The notes beneath the pieces are model-generated. The model had not been told where the DNA came from, did not search any database, and saw only the letters and a program-made list of their open reading frames with translations. Positions 22,621 to 32,982 of a DNA stretch of 64,000 bases are shown here, one piece after another (the first letter of the stretch is position 1; the number at the start of each line of letters is the position of its first letter). Source of the DNA: Candidatus Oxydemutator sp. (GTDB lineage Bacteria; Pseudomonadota; Gammaproteobacteria; Poriferisulfidales; Oxydemutatoraceae); contig OZ241883.1 in the NCBI GenBank assembly GCA_965203445.1, positions 1,280,001-1,344,000 on the forward strand, written 5' to 3'. A program made the translations under genes and the position numbers.

Positions 22621-23479
22621 GTGCCGTGTTCGGCGGCATCATTCCGGCGGTGGTGGCGGTGATCCTGCAAGCCGGATGGAACATCGCGCGCAAAAACGTG
22701 ACCGGCGTCAAGCCGTTCGCGTTGGCGGCCGCGGCCGCGATTATCCTGATCAAGGGTTTTTACGTGACGCTGGCGGTGATCTTCATCGCCGGTCTGGTCG
22801 GGCCGTTGCTGTTCCGCGACGGCGCGGACGCAGGCGCGGGCGCCAAGGCCGCGCCGCCGCCGGGCGCCGCCGCGCGCGTCCTGCAATGGTCGTTCTCGGC
22901 GTCGCTGGCCGCGATGCTGCTGCTGTTTCTGTTGCCGTTGCCCGATTTCATTCGCGCCTCCCCGTTGGCGCACGTGTTCACGACCTTCTCCGGCATGAGC
23001 CTGACGCTGTTTGGGGCGGCTACGTGTTCATCCCGATGATCCAGAAGATCGTGGTCGAGGGTTACCGCTGGATCAGCGCCGATCAATTCAACGTCGCTAT
23101 CGCGCTCGGTCAGATCACACCGGGACCTATTCTGGTAAGCGCGACCTTCATCGGTTACAAGGTGGCCGGCCTGGCCGGCGCGCTCGTCGCCACCGTCGGT
23201 ATCTTCGTGCCGCCGGCGATGCTGATCGTGCTCGCCACGCACTGGCTCGACCGCATGCGCTCGCCGTTGTTGCAGCGCGCGCTGCGCGGCATCCGCGTCG
23301 CCGTTTGCGGCATGATCTTTGCCGCCGCCGCGCTGATCGCGCAGACGGTCGACAGGGAATGGCAGGCGCTGGCGGTGTTCGTGCCGGCGTTGGCGGCGTT
23401 GTTCTACTGGAAGCTCACGCCAGTGCTGGTGATTCCGGCGGCGGGCGCGCTCGGCCTGCTGCTACAGCGGATGACCTGA
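22611..23479 (+). pseudogene. chrA: Chromate transporter (ChrA) fragment, 5'-truncated and frameshifted
   Basis: GIIPAVVAVI..., then SLTLFG|GGYVFIP split by a 1-bp deletion at ~23013-23016; GQITPGPILVSATFIGY. Confidence 0.8.
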
Positions 23480-23516
23480 AGGCGCGCCCGGCGGCGCCCG
23501 CCGGGCCGGGAGGCCC

Positions 23517-23855
23517 TCAGCCGTTCAGGAATTCGACGTCTTTGCGCGAGGGGTAGGTCTTGATGATCTGGCTGAATCCGGAGACCTGAAAAATCTCCTC
23601 GACCAATTCGTTCAGGTCGCACAACCCGAATTCGCGCTGGTCCTTGCGCATCGTTTTGGCGATGATCAGGAACACGCGCAAGCCCGCGCTGCTGATGAAA
23701 TCTATTTGCGAGAGATCAATCAGTACGTCGCTGTCGCCCTCCTGCTCGATGGTCTCGTTGACCAGGCGCTGGAACACCGGCGCATTTTCGTGTTCTATCT
23801 TTCCCTGGGGCGAAAGCACCCATACGTTGTTGATCTTTTCCTTCGTTATTTCCAT
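23517..23855 (-). CDS. STAS-domain anti-sigma factor antagonist
   Basis: IDLSQIDFISSAGLRVFL, EIFQVSGF. Confidence 0.9.
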   Translation of the reverse strand: MEITKEKINNVWVLSPQGKIEHENAPVFQRLVNETIEQEGDSDVLIDLSQIDFISSAGLRVFLIIAKTMRKDQREFGLCDLNELVEEIFQVSGFSQIIKTYPSRKDVEFLNG

Positions 23856-23938
23856 GAGTCGGATGCCGCGGGATCGAACCGGTTTCGGGGTAAGGCGGCG
23901 ATTATACCATTGGCCTTTGCGCTGCTACGGCGCGCCGC

Positions 23939-24808
23939 TCAGCTTTCCGGGACGCAGCCCAGCTCGCAGCCCATTTTGACCGCTACTCCTGATAGATACA
24001 GGGGGTTCCAGACGAGCGCGCGGTTGTCGGTCAGCAACACCACGGTCGAACCGAGATGGAAGCACCCCAACTCCTGGCCGCGCTCCAGGGTGACACCGGT
24101 CGCGCCGCCGTCGTAGCGAAAAAACGACGCGCCGTGCGAGCGCGGCGTGACCAGTCCGTGCCAGGCGGTCTCTATCGCACCGACGTTGACGGCGCCGATC
24201 ATCACCACCGCGAGCTTGCCGAGCGCGCCATCGAAGACGCATGCGACGCGCTCGTTCCTCGCGTACAGGCGCGGGATGGTGCGCGTCGCGTACGGTGCGA
24301 CGCTGAACAGCCGCCCGGGCACGTGTATCATCTCCTCGAGCACGCCCGTCGCCGGCATGTGTACGCGGTGGCAGTCCGCGGGCGACAGGTAGATGGCGCA
24401 GAACCCGCCGCGCTCGAAGTGCGCGCCGGCGCGCGGCCCGAGCAGCTCGGCGGCGTCGTAGGTTCTGTCTTTCGCCTGCACCAGCCGATGCGCCTCGAAA
24501 TTGCCTATCTGCACGATGGTGCCGTCGCACGGCGCCGCCAGCGCGCGCTCCTGCGTGCAGATTGCACGCGCCCCCGGGCGCAGGCGGCGCGTGAAGAACG
24601 CGTCGAAGCTGGCGTAGGCGCCGGCGTCGGTCTCCTCGGCCTCGCTCAGGTCTACGTCGAAGCGGCGGACGAACAGGCGCACCAGCGGCTGCACCAGCGG
24701 CGTCTCGAGGCGCGCAAGAAAAAACGTCAACCGCGACACCCAATGATGGGGGAAGCAGTAAAACAGCCACGCCCTGTATCGTTCCCAACGGGTTGTCTCT
24801 TGCATCAT
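23939..24808 (-). CDS. psd: Phosphatidylserine decarboxylase proenzyme
   Basis: [34 protein letters not shown] cleavage motif. Confidence 0.93.
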   Translation of the reverse strand: MMQETTRWERYRAWLFYCFPHHWVSRLTFFLARLETPLVQPLVRLFVRRFDVDLSEAEETDAGAYASFDAFFTRRLRPGARAICTQERALAAPCDGTIVQIGNFEAHRLVQAKDRTYDAAELLGPRAGAHFERGGFCAIYLSPADCHRVHMPATGVLEEMIHVPGRLFSVAPYATRTIPRLYARNERVACVFDGALGKLAVVMIGAVNVGAIETAWHGLVTPRSHGASFFRYDGGATGVTLERGQELGCFHLGSTVVLLTDNRALVWNPLYLSGVAVKMGCELGCVPES

Positions 24809-24886
24809 GCGAAGTTCCGATTGTCTTTGCAAAGAAGCCGAGCGTACTTTACCCCACTATCGTGGTTCCTTGCTACAATCCGCCGC

Positions 24887-25984
24887 ATGTCCGGCAACAC
24901 CACGGGAAGATTGTTCAGCGTCACCAGTTTCGGCGAGAGCCACGGCGCCGCCATCGGCTGCATAGTGGACGGCTGTCCGCCTGGGCTGGCGCTGGCCGAG
25001 GACGACTTGCAGATCGAGCTCGAACGCAGACGCCCGGGGCGCAGCCGCCACACCACGCAGCGGCGCGAACCGGACCGAGTGCGTATTCTATCCGGCGTTT
25101 TCGAGGGGCGCACGACCGGCGCGCCCGTCGGCCTGCTGATAGAGAACGTTGACCAGAGGCCCAAGGATTACTCGGGCATCAAGGACCTGTTCCGTCCGGG
25201 GCACGCCGATTACACCTACATGAAGAAGTACGGGATACGCGACTATCGCGGCGGCGGGCGCTCGTCGGCGCGCGAGACCGCGACGCGCGTGGCCGCGGGC
25301 GCGATCGCCAGGAAGTATCTGCGCGAGCGTCTCGGCATCGGCATAAAGGCGTATCTCACCCAGCTGGGGCCGATATTGATCGACTTCGTGGACGCCGACG
25401 CGATCGAGGACAACCCGTTTTTCTGCCCCGACCCGGCGCGCGTCGCCGAACTCGAGGACTACGTGGATCGTCTGCGGCGCGCCGGCGACTCGATAGGCGC
25501 GCGCCTGCACGCGACCGCGACCAACGTGCCGGCGGGGCTGGGCGAACCGGTGTTCGACCGCTTGGACGCCGACGTGGCGCACGCGATGATGAGCATCAAC
25601 GCGGTCAAGGCGGTGGGCATCGGCGCCGGTTTCGGCTGCGTCGAGCAGACCGGTTCCGAGCACCGCGACGAGATCACCGCGCGCGGCTTTTTGAGCAACA
25701 ACGCGGGCGGCGTGTTGGGCGGCGTGTCCAGCGGCCAGAATCTCGAGGTCGACGTGGCCTTCAAGCCGACCTCGAGCATCCGCGTCCCCGGACGGACGCT
25801 GGACGTCGACGGGCGCGAGCGCGAGATCGTGACCACCGGACGCCACGACCCGTGCGTCGCGCTGCGCGCCGCGCCCATCGTCGAGGCCATGCTGGCCCTG
25901 GTGCTGATGGACCACTGGCTGAGGCACCGCGCGCAGAACGCCGGCGCCGCGCGCGCCGAAGCCGCCCGCCGCGGCGCGTCGTAA
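24887..25984 (+). CDS. aroC: Chorismate synthase
   Basis: [30 protein letters not shown]. Confidence 0.97.
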   Translation: MSGNTTGRLFSVTSFGESHGAAIGCIVDGCPPGLALAEDDLQIELERRRPGRSRHTTQRREPDRVRILSGVFEGRTTGAPVGLLIENVDQRPKDYSGIKDLFRPGHADYTYMKKYGIRDYRGGGRSSARETATRVAAGAIARKYLRERLGIGIKAYLTQLGPILIDFVDADAIEDNPFFCPDPARVAELEDYVDRLRRAGDSIGARLHATATNVPAGLGEPVFDRLDADVAHAMMSINAVKAVGIGAGFGCVEQTGSEHRDEITARGFLSNNAGGVLGGVSSGQNLEVDVAFKPTSSIRVPGRTLDVDGREREIVTTGRHDPCVALRAAPIVEAMLALVLMDHWLRHRAQNAGAARAEAARRGAS

Positions 25985-25994
25985 GTCCGCCACG

Positions 25995-27206
25995 GTGCGC
26001 AGCCGCTTCGTCAGAATCTCGGCCTTTTATTTTTTCTATTTCGCGGTGTTAGGCGTCTATCTGCCGTATTGGCCGCTGTACCTGAAGGACGCGGGTTACG
26101 CGCCGCGCCAGATCGGCGAGTTGATGGCGCTGGTGTTGGCGGCCAAGATCATCGCGCCGTATCTGTGGGCCTGGCTAGGCGATCATACGCGCCGCCGCCT
26201 CTCGATCATACGCGCCGCGACGTTTCTGGCGTGCGCTTCGTTCGCGCTGACGTTCGCCGGCGGCGGCTACTACTGGCTTGCGTTCGCGTTGTTCCTGTTC
26301 AGTTTTTTCTGGAACGCGTCGTTGCCGCAGCTCGAGGTGGTGACGATAGACAGCCTTAAGTACCGCGCGCACAACTACAGCCGCATCCGCCTGTGGGGTT
26401 CGATAGGCTTCATCGCGTTGGCGGTCGTCGCGGCGCCGCTGATCGCGGCCTTCGGCAGCCGCCTGACGCCGTGGCTGATCGTCTCGGTGCTGGTCGCGCT
26501 GTGGCTGGCCAGCGTCGGCCTGCCCGACGGCCGCGCACGCCCACCGCCGGTCGCCGTGCGCGGTCTGTTCTCGGCCTGCAATCGGCGCATAGCGGCGCTG
26601 CTTGCGATTTGTTTCCTGATGCAGCTGACGCACGGCCCCTATTACACGTTCTTCACGATTTTCATGGAGGAGCACGGCTACAGCCGCGCCGTGATCGGGC
26701 AGTTCTGGGCGGTCGGCGTCGCCGCCGAGGTGGCCGTGTTGTGGTTCGTCGGGCGCCTGCTGCCGAGCACCGGCGCGGTGTCGCTGTTGCTGCTGGCAAT
26801 CGTGGCGACGGCGCTGCGCTGGCTGCTGCTCGCGACGTTTCCGGAGCAGGTCGCGGTCGTCGTGTTCTCGCAGAGTCTGCACGCGGTCACCTTCGGCATC
26901 TATCACGCGGCGATGATCCATCTCGTCTCGCGCCTGTTTCCCGCCGGCCTCGAGAGTCGCGGCCAGGCTTTGTACGCGTCGCTGAGCTTCGGCGTCGGCG
27001 GCGGCCTGGGCACGTGGCTTGCCGGTCTGCTGTGGGAGCCGCTCTCCGGCAGCGGCCTGTTCCTGGTATCAGCCGCCGCGGCCCTGACCCCGCTGCTGTT
27101 CCTGCCCGTGCTCGTCCGCAAAACCCCCGCCTCCATAGAGGTTCGTCATTCCCGCGAAAGCGGGAACCCGGTCAAAAAATCAGGCGACAACGCCGCCTCG
27201 CGCTAA
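25995..27206 (+). CDS. MFS transporter (MFS_1_like / HcaT-like)
   Basis: About 12 hydrophobic segments, YSRIRLWGSIGF; commonly found downstream of aroC. Confidence 0.85.
   Translation: MRSRFVRISAFYFFYFAVLGVYLPYWPLYLKDAGYAPRQIGELMALVLAAKIIAPYLWAWLGDHTRRRLSIIRAATFLACASFALTFAGGGYYWLAFALFLFSFFWNASLPQLEVVTIDSLKYRAHNYSRIRLWGSIGFIALAVVAAPLIAAFGSRLTPWLIVSVLVALWLASVGLPDGRARPPPVAVRGLFSACNRRIAALLAICFLMQLTHGPYYTFFTIFMEEHGYSRAVIGQFWAVGVAAEVAVLWFVGRLLPSTGAVSLLLLAIVATALRWLLLATFPEQVAVVVFSQSLHAVTFGIYHAAMIHLVSRLFPAGLESRGQALYASLSFGVGGGLGTWLAGLLWEPLSGSGLFLVSAAAALTPLLFLPVLVRKTPASIEVRHSRESGNPVKKSGDNAASR
27144..27173 (+). repeat. REP-like palindrome copy 2, in frame inside the MFS gene 3' end (RHSRESGNP)
   Basis: cgtcattcccgcgaaagcgggaacccggtc forms the hairpin TTCCCGC-GAAA-GCGGGAA. 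Confidence 0.85.
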
Positions 27207-27291
27207 AGGGGAAAGGCAAGAAGCGGTGACGTTGACACAGGAGTCGTCCAACCGAATTCCCGCGCCGGCGCGAGTAACGATTGGGGGGCGG

Positions 27292-27972
27292 TCACGGCCC
27301 TGGATAGATTACCGGTTCCGGGTCTATGCTGCGCCATAAGTACCAGGTGGCAACGGTGCGCCACGGTCGCCAGTTTGCGGTGATCACGGCGCGACGGGCT
27401 TTGCCGAGCGGGCGCCGGCGGGCGTATTGGCGCTCTATCGCCTGCACCAGGCCGAGGTCGCCCAGGGGCAGCACGTCGGGGTGTTGCAGATAGAAGATCG
27501 CGAACATCTCGAAAGTCCACGCACCGATTCCCGGAATGGCGAGCAGCGCGTCGCGCACCTGGTCGAAATCGCGCGTTCGGAAATAGCGGCGCGTTACGCG
27601 CTCGTGGACGAAGAAACGCGCGACGTTCTTCAGGTATGCCGACTTTTGCCGCGACAGGCCGCAGCGGTATAGCGTGTCGAAACGGCAACGGTGCAGACGT
27701 CGGGGGGCGACGGCGCCGAAGTGCGCAAGCAGCCGGCCCCAGATGCTGTCCGCGGCCTTCAGTGAAATCTGCTGGCCGACGATCGCGCGGCACAACGTCG
27801 CAAACGGGTCGCCACCGCCGCGCAGGTGGCAGCCGCCGTATTCCCTGATCAGGCGCGCCATCACCGGATCGCGCCGCGACAGCTCGGCGCAGGCGCGCGC
27901 CCAATAGGGGGGCGGCTTGCCGCCACCCTGTTTGTTACGTGCGGGCGGCGGCCGGCCGCGCCGTTCAGCCAC
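27292..27972 (-). CDS. DNA-3-methyladenine glycosylase II family (HhH-GPD)
   Basis: IVGQQIS, IPGIGAWT, DVLPLGDLG, WRPWRTVATWYLW. Confidence 0.9.
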   Translation of the reverse strand: MAERRGRPPPARNKQGGGKPPPYWARACAELSRRDPVMARLIREYGGCHLRGGGDPFATLCRAIVGQQISLKAADSIWGRLLAHFGAVAPRRLHRCRFDTLYRCGLSRQKSAYLKNVARFFVHERVTRRYFRTRDFDQVRDALLAIPGIGAWTFEMFAIFYLQHPDVLPLGDLGLVQAIERQYARRRPLGKARRAVITANWRPWRTVATWYLWRSIDPEPVIYPGP

Positions 27973-29815
27973 GCGCCCTCCCTCCTTCCTGCGCGCGTTC
28001 GGCTTGTTGCAGTTCCCAGAACGTGCGGTAGAGACCGCCGTGCGCCAGCAGTTGCGCGTGTGTGCCGCGCTCGACGATGCGCCCGTGCTCCATGACCAGA
28101 ATGAGGTCGGCGTTCACGACGGTGGACAGGCGGTGCGCGATGATCAGCGTCGTGATACCCGCCGACGCGCGCGCCAGCGCCTGCAGGATGGCGCGTTCCG
28201 AGCGCGAATCGAGGCTGGCGGTGGCCTCGTCGAAGACCAGGATGGATGGTTTTTTCAACACCGCGCGCGCAATCGCGATCTTCTGCCTTTCGCCGCCGGA
28301 GAGTTTCAGCCCGCGTTCGCCGACCATCGTGTCGTAGCCGTCGGGCAGGCGCGCGATGAAGTCCTCGAGGTCGGCGACGCGCACCGCCGCGCGCACCTGC
28401 TCTCGGCCGGCACCGGGCCAGCCGTAGAGTACGTTGTCGTAGATCGAGCGGTTGAACAACACCGTGTCCTGCGCGACGACGCCGATGAGGCGGCGCAGGC
28501 CGGCCTGGGTGTAGTCGCGCACGTCGCGCCCGCCGACGATGATGCGCCCGCGCTGCACGTCGTAAAAACGGAACAACAGCCGCGCCAGCGTGGACTTGCC
28601 CGCGCCCGAGGCGCCGACGACCGCGACCCGGGCGCCGGCGGGCACCGCGAAGTCGGCGCGCTCGATGATCTCGCGCCCCGGCCGGTAGTGAAAGCCGACG
28701 TTCTCGAACGTGACGTCGCGCGCGTCGGCGTCCGGTTCGACCGCGCCGGCGCGATCGCGCACCTCCTGACGCTGGTCGAGCAGGCGGATGATCAGGTCCA
28801 TGTCGGCCAGCGCGTAGCGCAGCGCCCGATAGACGACGCCCAGCATGCCGAGCGGCAGGAACAGTTGCAGCATCATCGTGTTGACCAGGATCAGGTCGCC
28901 CAGGGTCAAGTCGCCGGCGACGACGCCCGCGGCCGCGAAGAACATCACCGAGGTGACGCCGACGGCGATGATCAGTCCCTGGCCGAAGTTCAGCGCCGAC
29001 ATCGTCGTCTGGCTCATGACCGCGGTCTGCTCCCATTCCTTCAGGATCTCGCCGTAGCGTCGACATTCGAGGTCTTCGTTGTTGAAGTACTTGACGGTCT
29101 CGTAGTTGATGACGCTGTCCACCGCGAGCTGGTTGGCGCGCGAGTCGAGCTCGTTCATGCGGTAGCGAAAGCGCACGCGCCAGTTCGTGAACAGCACCGT
29201 GAAGCCGACGTAGATTGCGACCGTCGCGAACACCGCGGCCCCGAAGCGCGCCGGGTAGAGGCCGAACAGATAAAGCGCCACGAACGCGAACTCGGCCGCC
29301 ACCGGCAGGATATGGAACGCGAGATAGTTGAGTATCGTGGCGACGCTCTGGGTGCCGCGTTCGAGGTCGCGGAACACCGCGCCGGTCTCGCGCGCAAGAT
29401 GAAAGCGCAGCGACAGATGGTGCAGGTGCGCCAGTACCTTGAGCGACAGGCGGCGCATCGCGCGGTAGCGCACGCGCGCGAACACCGCGTCGCGCAGCTC
29501 GTTGAACAGCGAGGCGGCCATGCGCAGCGCGCCGTAGGCCAGCAGAAACACGACCGGCAGCACCAAGGTCCTGCCTTGCGCGGTGTCGAACGCGTCCACG
29601 ATCTGCTTCAGCACCAGCGGCACGCCGATGACCGCGAGCTTGGCGGCGATCAGACAGCCCAACGCCAGCAGCACGCGCCCGCGATATTCCCACAGGTACG
29701 GCAGGATGCGTCGCAGATTGCGCCAGTCGGTGCGCTCGCCGTGCGCCGCACCGACGCGCCGCAGCCGCGGCGAGATCACGCGCGACGAGGCCGCCTGGCT
29801 GCGGATTCCGTCCAC
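27965..29815 (-). CDS. ABC transporter, fused permease/ATPase (Atm1/ABCB7-like)
   Basis: LSLRFHL.RETG, NYETVKYFNNE, GASGAGKST, LSGGERQ, FDEATASLD. Start approximate (GTG 29815). Confidence 0.9.
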   Translation of the reverse strand: MDGIRSQAASSRVISPRLRRVGAAHGERTDWRNLRRILPYLWEYRGRVLLALGCLIAAKLAVIGVPLVLKQIVDAFDTAQGRTLVLPVVFLLAYGALRMAASLFNELRDAVFARVRYRAMRRLSLKVLAHLHHLSLRFHLARETGAVFRDLERGTQSVATILNYLAFHILPVAAEFAFVALYLFGLYPARFGAAVFATVAIYVGFTVLFTNWRVRFRYRMNELDSRANQLAVDSVINYETVKYFNNEDLECRRYGEILKEWEQTAVMSQTTMSALNFGQGLIIAVGVTSVMFFAAAGVVAGDLTLGDLILVNTMMLQLFLPLGMLGVVYRALRYALADMDLIIRLLDQRQEVRDRAGAVEPDADARDVTFENVGFHYRPGREIIERADFAVPAGARVAVVGASGAGKSTLARLLFRFYDVQRGRIIVGGRDVRDYTQAGLRRLIGVVAQDTVLFNRSIYDNVLYGWPGAGREQVRAAVRVADLEDFIARLPDGYDTMVGERGLKLSGGERQKIAIARAVLKKPSILVFDEATASLDSRSERAILQALARASAGITTLIIAHRLSTVVNADLILVMEHGRIVERGTHAQLLAHGGLYRTFWELQQAERAQEGGRARG

Positions 29816-29819
29816 CGTC

Positions 29820-30809
29820 TCAGTGGTCGCGCGCGACCACGAAATCGGCCAACGCCGCAAGCGCGTCCCCGTCGGCGTCGGCGGCGAGCGGAGCAAGGCG
29901 TTCGCGCGCGCGCGCGGCGTAGTCTTGTGCGCGCCGTCTCGTGTAATCAAACGCACCGTTGGTCTCGAGCACCGCAAGCGCCCGCTCGAAGTCGTCGCCG
30001 GTGGCGTCGCCGCGCCCGAAGACGCGCCGCAACAAGGCCTTTTCTTCCAGTGCGCACCGTGCGTGCGCGTGGATGAACGGCAGCGTCGGCTTGCCCTCGG
30101 CCAAGTCTTGCCCGCGCGTCTTGCCAGTGGCGGCGCCAGTGTAGTCGAGCAGGTCGTCCGTCAGCTGGAAGGAAAGCCCCAGGTGCAGGCCGTAGCCTTC
30201 CAGGGTCTCGGCGAGCGGCGGCGCGGCGTCCGCGATCATCGCCGCGGTGCGACAGGCCGCGGCGAACAGCGTCGCAGTCTTGCGCTCGATCACGCCCAGA
30301 TATTCGTCCTCGCCGGTGTCGGCGCGGCGCACCTGCACCAGCTGGCGCACCTCGCCCTCGGCGATCACGTTCGTCGCCCGCGTCAGCGTGGCGAGCGCGC
30401 CGGCGTGGCCGATCTCGCACATCATCTCGAACGCGCGCGAATACAGAAAGTCGCCGACCAGCACGCTGGCGGCGTTGCCCCAGATGTTTTTCGCGGTCTC
30501 GCGCCCGCGTCGCAGCGCCGAATCGTCCACCACGTCATCGTGCAGCAGGGTCGCGGCGTGGATGAACTCGACGACCGCCGCCAGCTGCACGTGGTCGCGG
30601 CGCACGCCGCCGCAGGCGCGCGCCGCCAGCAGCACCAGCGCCGGGCGCAGGCGTTTGCCGCCGCCGGCGACGTGGTCGGCGAGGCGGTTGATCAGGTCGA
30701 CGTCGGATCGCAGGCGCCGCCCGATCACGGCGTCCACCTGCTGCAACTCGTCGTTGATCTGCCGCGTTATTTGGGAAATGGTAAGCCGGGAACCATGCAC
30801 CGTGGCCAT
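29820..30809 (-). CDS. ispB: Octaprenyl-diphosphate synthase
   Basis: GGKRLRP, LHDDVVD, FQLTDDLLD, DLAEGKPTLP; divergent from rplU as usual. Confidence 0.92.
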   Translation of the reverse strand: MATVHGSRLTISQITRQINDELQQVDAVIGRRLRSDVDLINRLADHVAGGGKRLRPALVLLAARACGGVRRDHVQLAAVVEFIHAATLLHDDVVDDSALRRGRETAKNIWGNAASVLVGDFLYSRAFEMMCEIGHAGALATLTRATNVIAEGEVRQLVQVRRADTGEDEYLGVIERKTATLFAAACRTAAMIADAAPPLAETLEGYGLHLGLSFQLTDDLLDYTGAATGKTRGQDLAEGKPTLPFIHAHARCALEEKALLRRVFGRGDATGDDFERALAVLETNGAFDYTRRRAQDYAARARERLAPLAADADGDALAALADFVVARDH

Positions 30810-30902
30810 TGTAGCACCAGGCACTTGCACACGAGGGTGGGACGGCTATAATGAAAGTTGCGTCCATGCCCCCGTACGGGCAGTCATCAGGAGGAAAACA
30901 CA

Positions 30903-31205
30903 GTGGCCGAGCAGGAGCAACAAACCGAGTTCCCCCAAATTGATTTCGACCAGTTGCCGGATATGCGCGAGACCGTCGCCGGCATCGTCGGGCTGATGTG
31001 CTACTCGGACGCGCAGCTGCGTTCCACGTTGTTGGACGAGGGCATGAACAGCGACAACATAGACATGATCATGGACAAAGGCAGTGCCTTCTACAAGCAG
31101 TTGGGCAAGGACGTGCCCGACCTGTCGTGGATGAGGGACACTACGTTCAACGTCCACAAAAACAACGAAAACACCTACGTAATCCCGCTGCCGCACACGG
31201 AATAG
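30903..31205 (+). CDS. Small acidic hypothetical protein (100 aa) with an NHLP/nitrile-hydratase-leader-like pattern
   Basis: RBS AGGAGG then GTG 30903; CYSDAQLRSTLLD...LGKDVP...FNVHKNNENTYVIPLP. The CDS itself is confident; the family resemblance is tentative. Confidence 0.7.
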   Translation: MAEQEQQTEFPQIDFDQLPDMRETVAGIVGLMCYSDAQLRSTLLDEGMNSDNIDMIMDKGSAFYKQLGKDVPDLSWMRDTTFNVHKNNENTYVIPLPHTE

Positions 31206-31240
31206 CGGGGAAACGGTTTAAGAAAGACGGGGGAACGGGC

Positions 31241-31552
31241 ATGTACGCGGTAATCGCCGCCGGCGGCAGACAATACAAGGTCTCGCCCGGAGACGTTATC
31301 GAGGTCGAGAAGCTGGCCGAGGAAGAAGGCGGCGAGATTGTCTTCGACAAGGTGCTGTTGGTTCACGACGGCGCTGCCCTTGATATCGGCACCCCCTACG
31401 TCGAGAGCGTTTCGGTGTCCGGCAAGGTCGTCGCGCACGGCCGCGGCCGCAAAATCGGGGTGACCAAGTTCAAGCGCCGCAAGCGCTACCTGCGCCGCCT
31501 CGGTCACCGCCAGCCGTTCACCTCGGTCGAGATCACCGGCATCGCCTCCTGA
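31241..31552 (+). CDS. rplU: 50S ribosomal protein L21
   Basis: [27 protein letters not shown]. Confidence 0.97.
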   Translation: MYAVIAAGGRQYKVSPGDVIEVEKLAEEEGGEIVFDKVLLVHDGAALDIGTPYVESVSVSGKVVAHGRGRKIGVTKFKRRKRYLRRLGHRQPFTSVEITGIAS

Positions 31553-31567
31553 CGCGGGGACCTCGGC

Positions 31568-31825
31568 GTGGCACACAAAAAAGCCGGCGGCAGCACGCGC
31601 AACGGGCGCGATTCCCGCTCCAAGCGTCTCGGCGTCAAGAAATTCGGCGGCGAGGCGGTGCGCGCCGGCAACATTCTCGTGCGCCAGCGCGGCACGCATT
31701 TTCACGCCGGCGACAACGTCGGCTGCGGCAACGACCACACGCTGTTCGCGCTGATCGAGGGGCGCGTCGCGTTTGCGCGCAAGGGGCCGCGGCGGCGCCG
31801 CTACGTCCACGTCGTTCCGGTCTGA
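31568..31825 (+). CDS. rpmA: 50S ribosomal protein L27
   Basis: [21 protein letters not shown]. Confidence 0.98.
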   Translation: MAHKKAGGSTRNGRDSRSKRLGVKKFGGEAVRAGNILVRQRGTHFHAGDNVGCGNDHTLFALIEGRVAFARKGPRRRRYVHVVPV

Positions 31826-31935
31826 ATTGCTCCCGAGTTGTCCTTGAGTCGTTCTTGAGTCGAATTTCCCGGCCGCTCTGAGACAAGGCGTATGCCTGCC
31901 CGCCCCGCCGTCGCCGCGCGCGGCGCTTCCCTCCG

Positions 31936-32982
31936 ATGAAGTTCGTTGACGAGACTGAAATCACGATCACCGCCGGCGACGGCGGGAGCGGCTGCGTCAG
32001 TTTCCATCGTGCGCGCCATCTGCCCTCGGGCCGGCCCGACGGCGGCGACGGCGGCGGCGGCGGCGACGTCTGGCTGGTCGGCGACGGTGGCCTCAACACG
32101 CTGGCGGATTTTCGCAATCGCCGTGTGTTTCGCGCCGCCGACGGCGGGCGCGGGAGTGGCGGCAACCGTACCGGTGCCGATGGCGCCGACCTGCTGATTC
32201 GCGTGCCGGCGGGCACCGTGGTCTATAACAAAGAGACTTCCGAGCTGATAGGCGACGTTACGCGTCTCGGCCAGCGTCTGCTGGTCGCCGAGGGCGGCAG
32301 GCGCGGGCTTGGCAACGCGCGCTTCAAGTCTTCGACGAACCGCGCGCCGCGCCGCGCGACGCCCGGCGGCAAGGGCGAGTGCCGCACGTTGGCGCTGGAG
32401 CTCAAGCTGCTCGCCGACGTCGGCCTCGTCGGCCTGCCCAACGTCGGCAAATCCACGCTCGTGTCCTCGGTGAGCGCGGCGCATCCGAAGATCGCCGATT
32501 ATCCGTTCACGACGCTGCATCCGGTGCTCGGCGTCGTCGAGGCGGACGGCTATCGAAGTTTCGTCGTCGCCGACGTGCCCGGCCTGATAGAGGGCGCCGC
32601 CGACGGCGTCGGCCTGGGCACGCGCTTCCTGAAGCACCTGCAAAGGACGCGCCTGCTGCTGCACCTGGTGGACGTCGGCACCGACGCGCCGGCGGCCGAG
32701 CGCCGGCGCTCGGTGCGTGCGTTGGAGCGGGAGATGCGGCGCTTCGATACGGCGCTCGCCGCCAAGACGCGCTGGCTGGTGTGCACCAAGACCGACGCGC
32801 TGGACGCGGCCGAGGCCGAGCGCCGTTGCCGGCGCTTGCTGGAAGATCTGGAGTGGCGCGGGCCGTGGTTCAAGATCTCGGCATTTGCGCGCGAGGGGTT
32901 GGCCGAGCTGACCGACGCCGTCGTGCGCTATCTTGGTAGCGAGGGCGTACAATCCGCCGTCGGCGAGGCGCCCGCGGCATGA
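31936..32982 (+). CDS. obgE: GTPase ObgE/CgtA
   Basis: MKFVDE, Gly-rich Obg fold, GLPNVGKST, YPFTT, DVPG. Confidence 0.96.
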   Translation: MKFVDETEITITAGDGGSGCVSFHRARHLPSGRPDGGDGGGGGDVWLVGDGGLNTLADFRNRRVFRAADGGRGSGGNRTGADGADLLIRVPAGTVVYNKETSELIGDVTRLGQRLLVAEGGRRGLGNARFKSSTNRAPRRATPGGKGECRTLALELKLLADVGLVGLPNVGKSTLVSSVSAAHPKIADYPFTTLHPVLGVVEADGYRSFVVADVPGLIEGAADGVGLGTRFLKHLQRTRLLLHLVDVGTDAPAAERRRSVRALEREMRRFDTALAAKTRWLVCTKTDALDAAEAERRCRRLLEDLEWRGPWFKISAFAREGLAELTDAVVRYLGSEGVQSAVGEAPAA

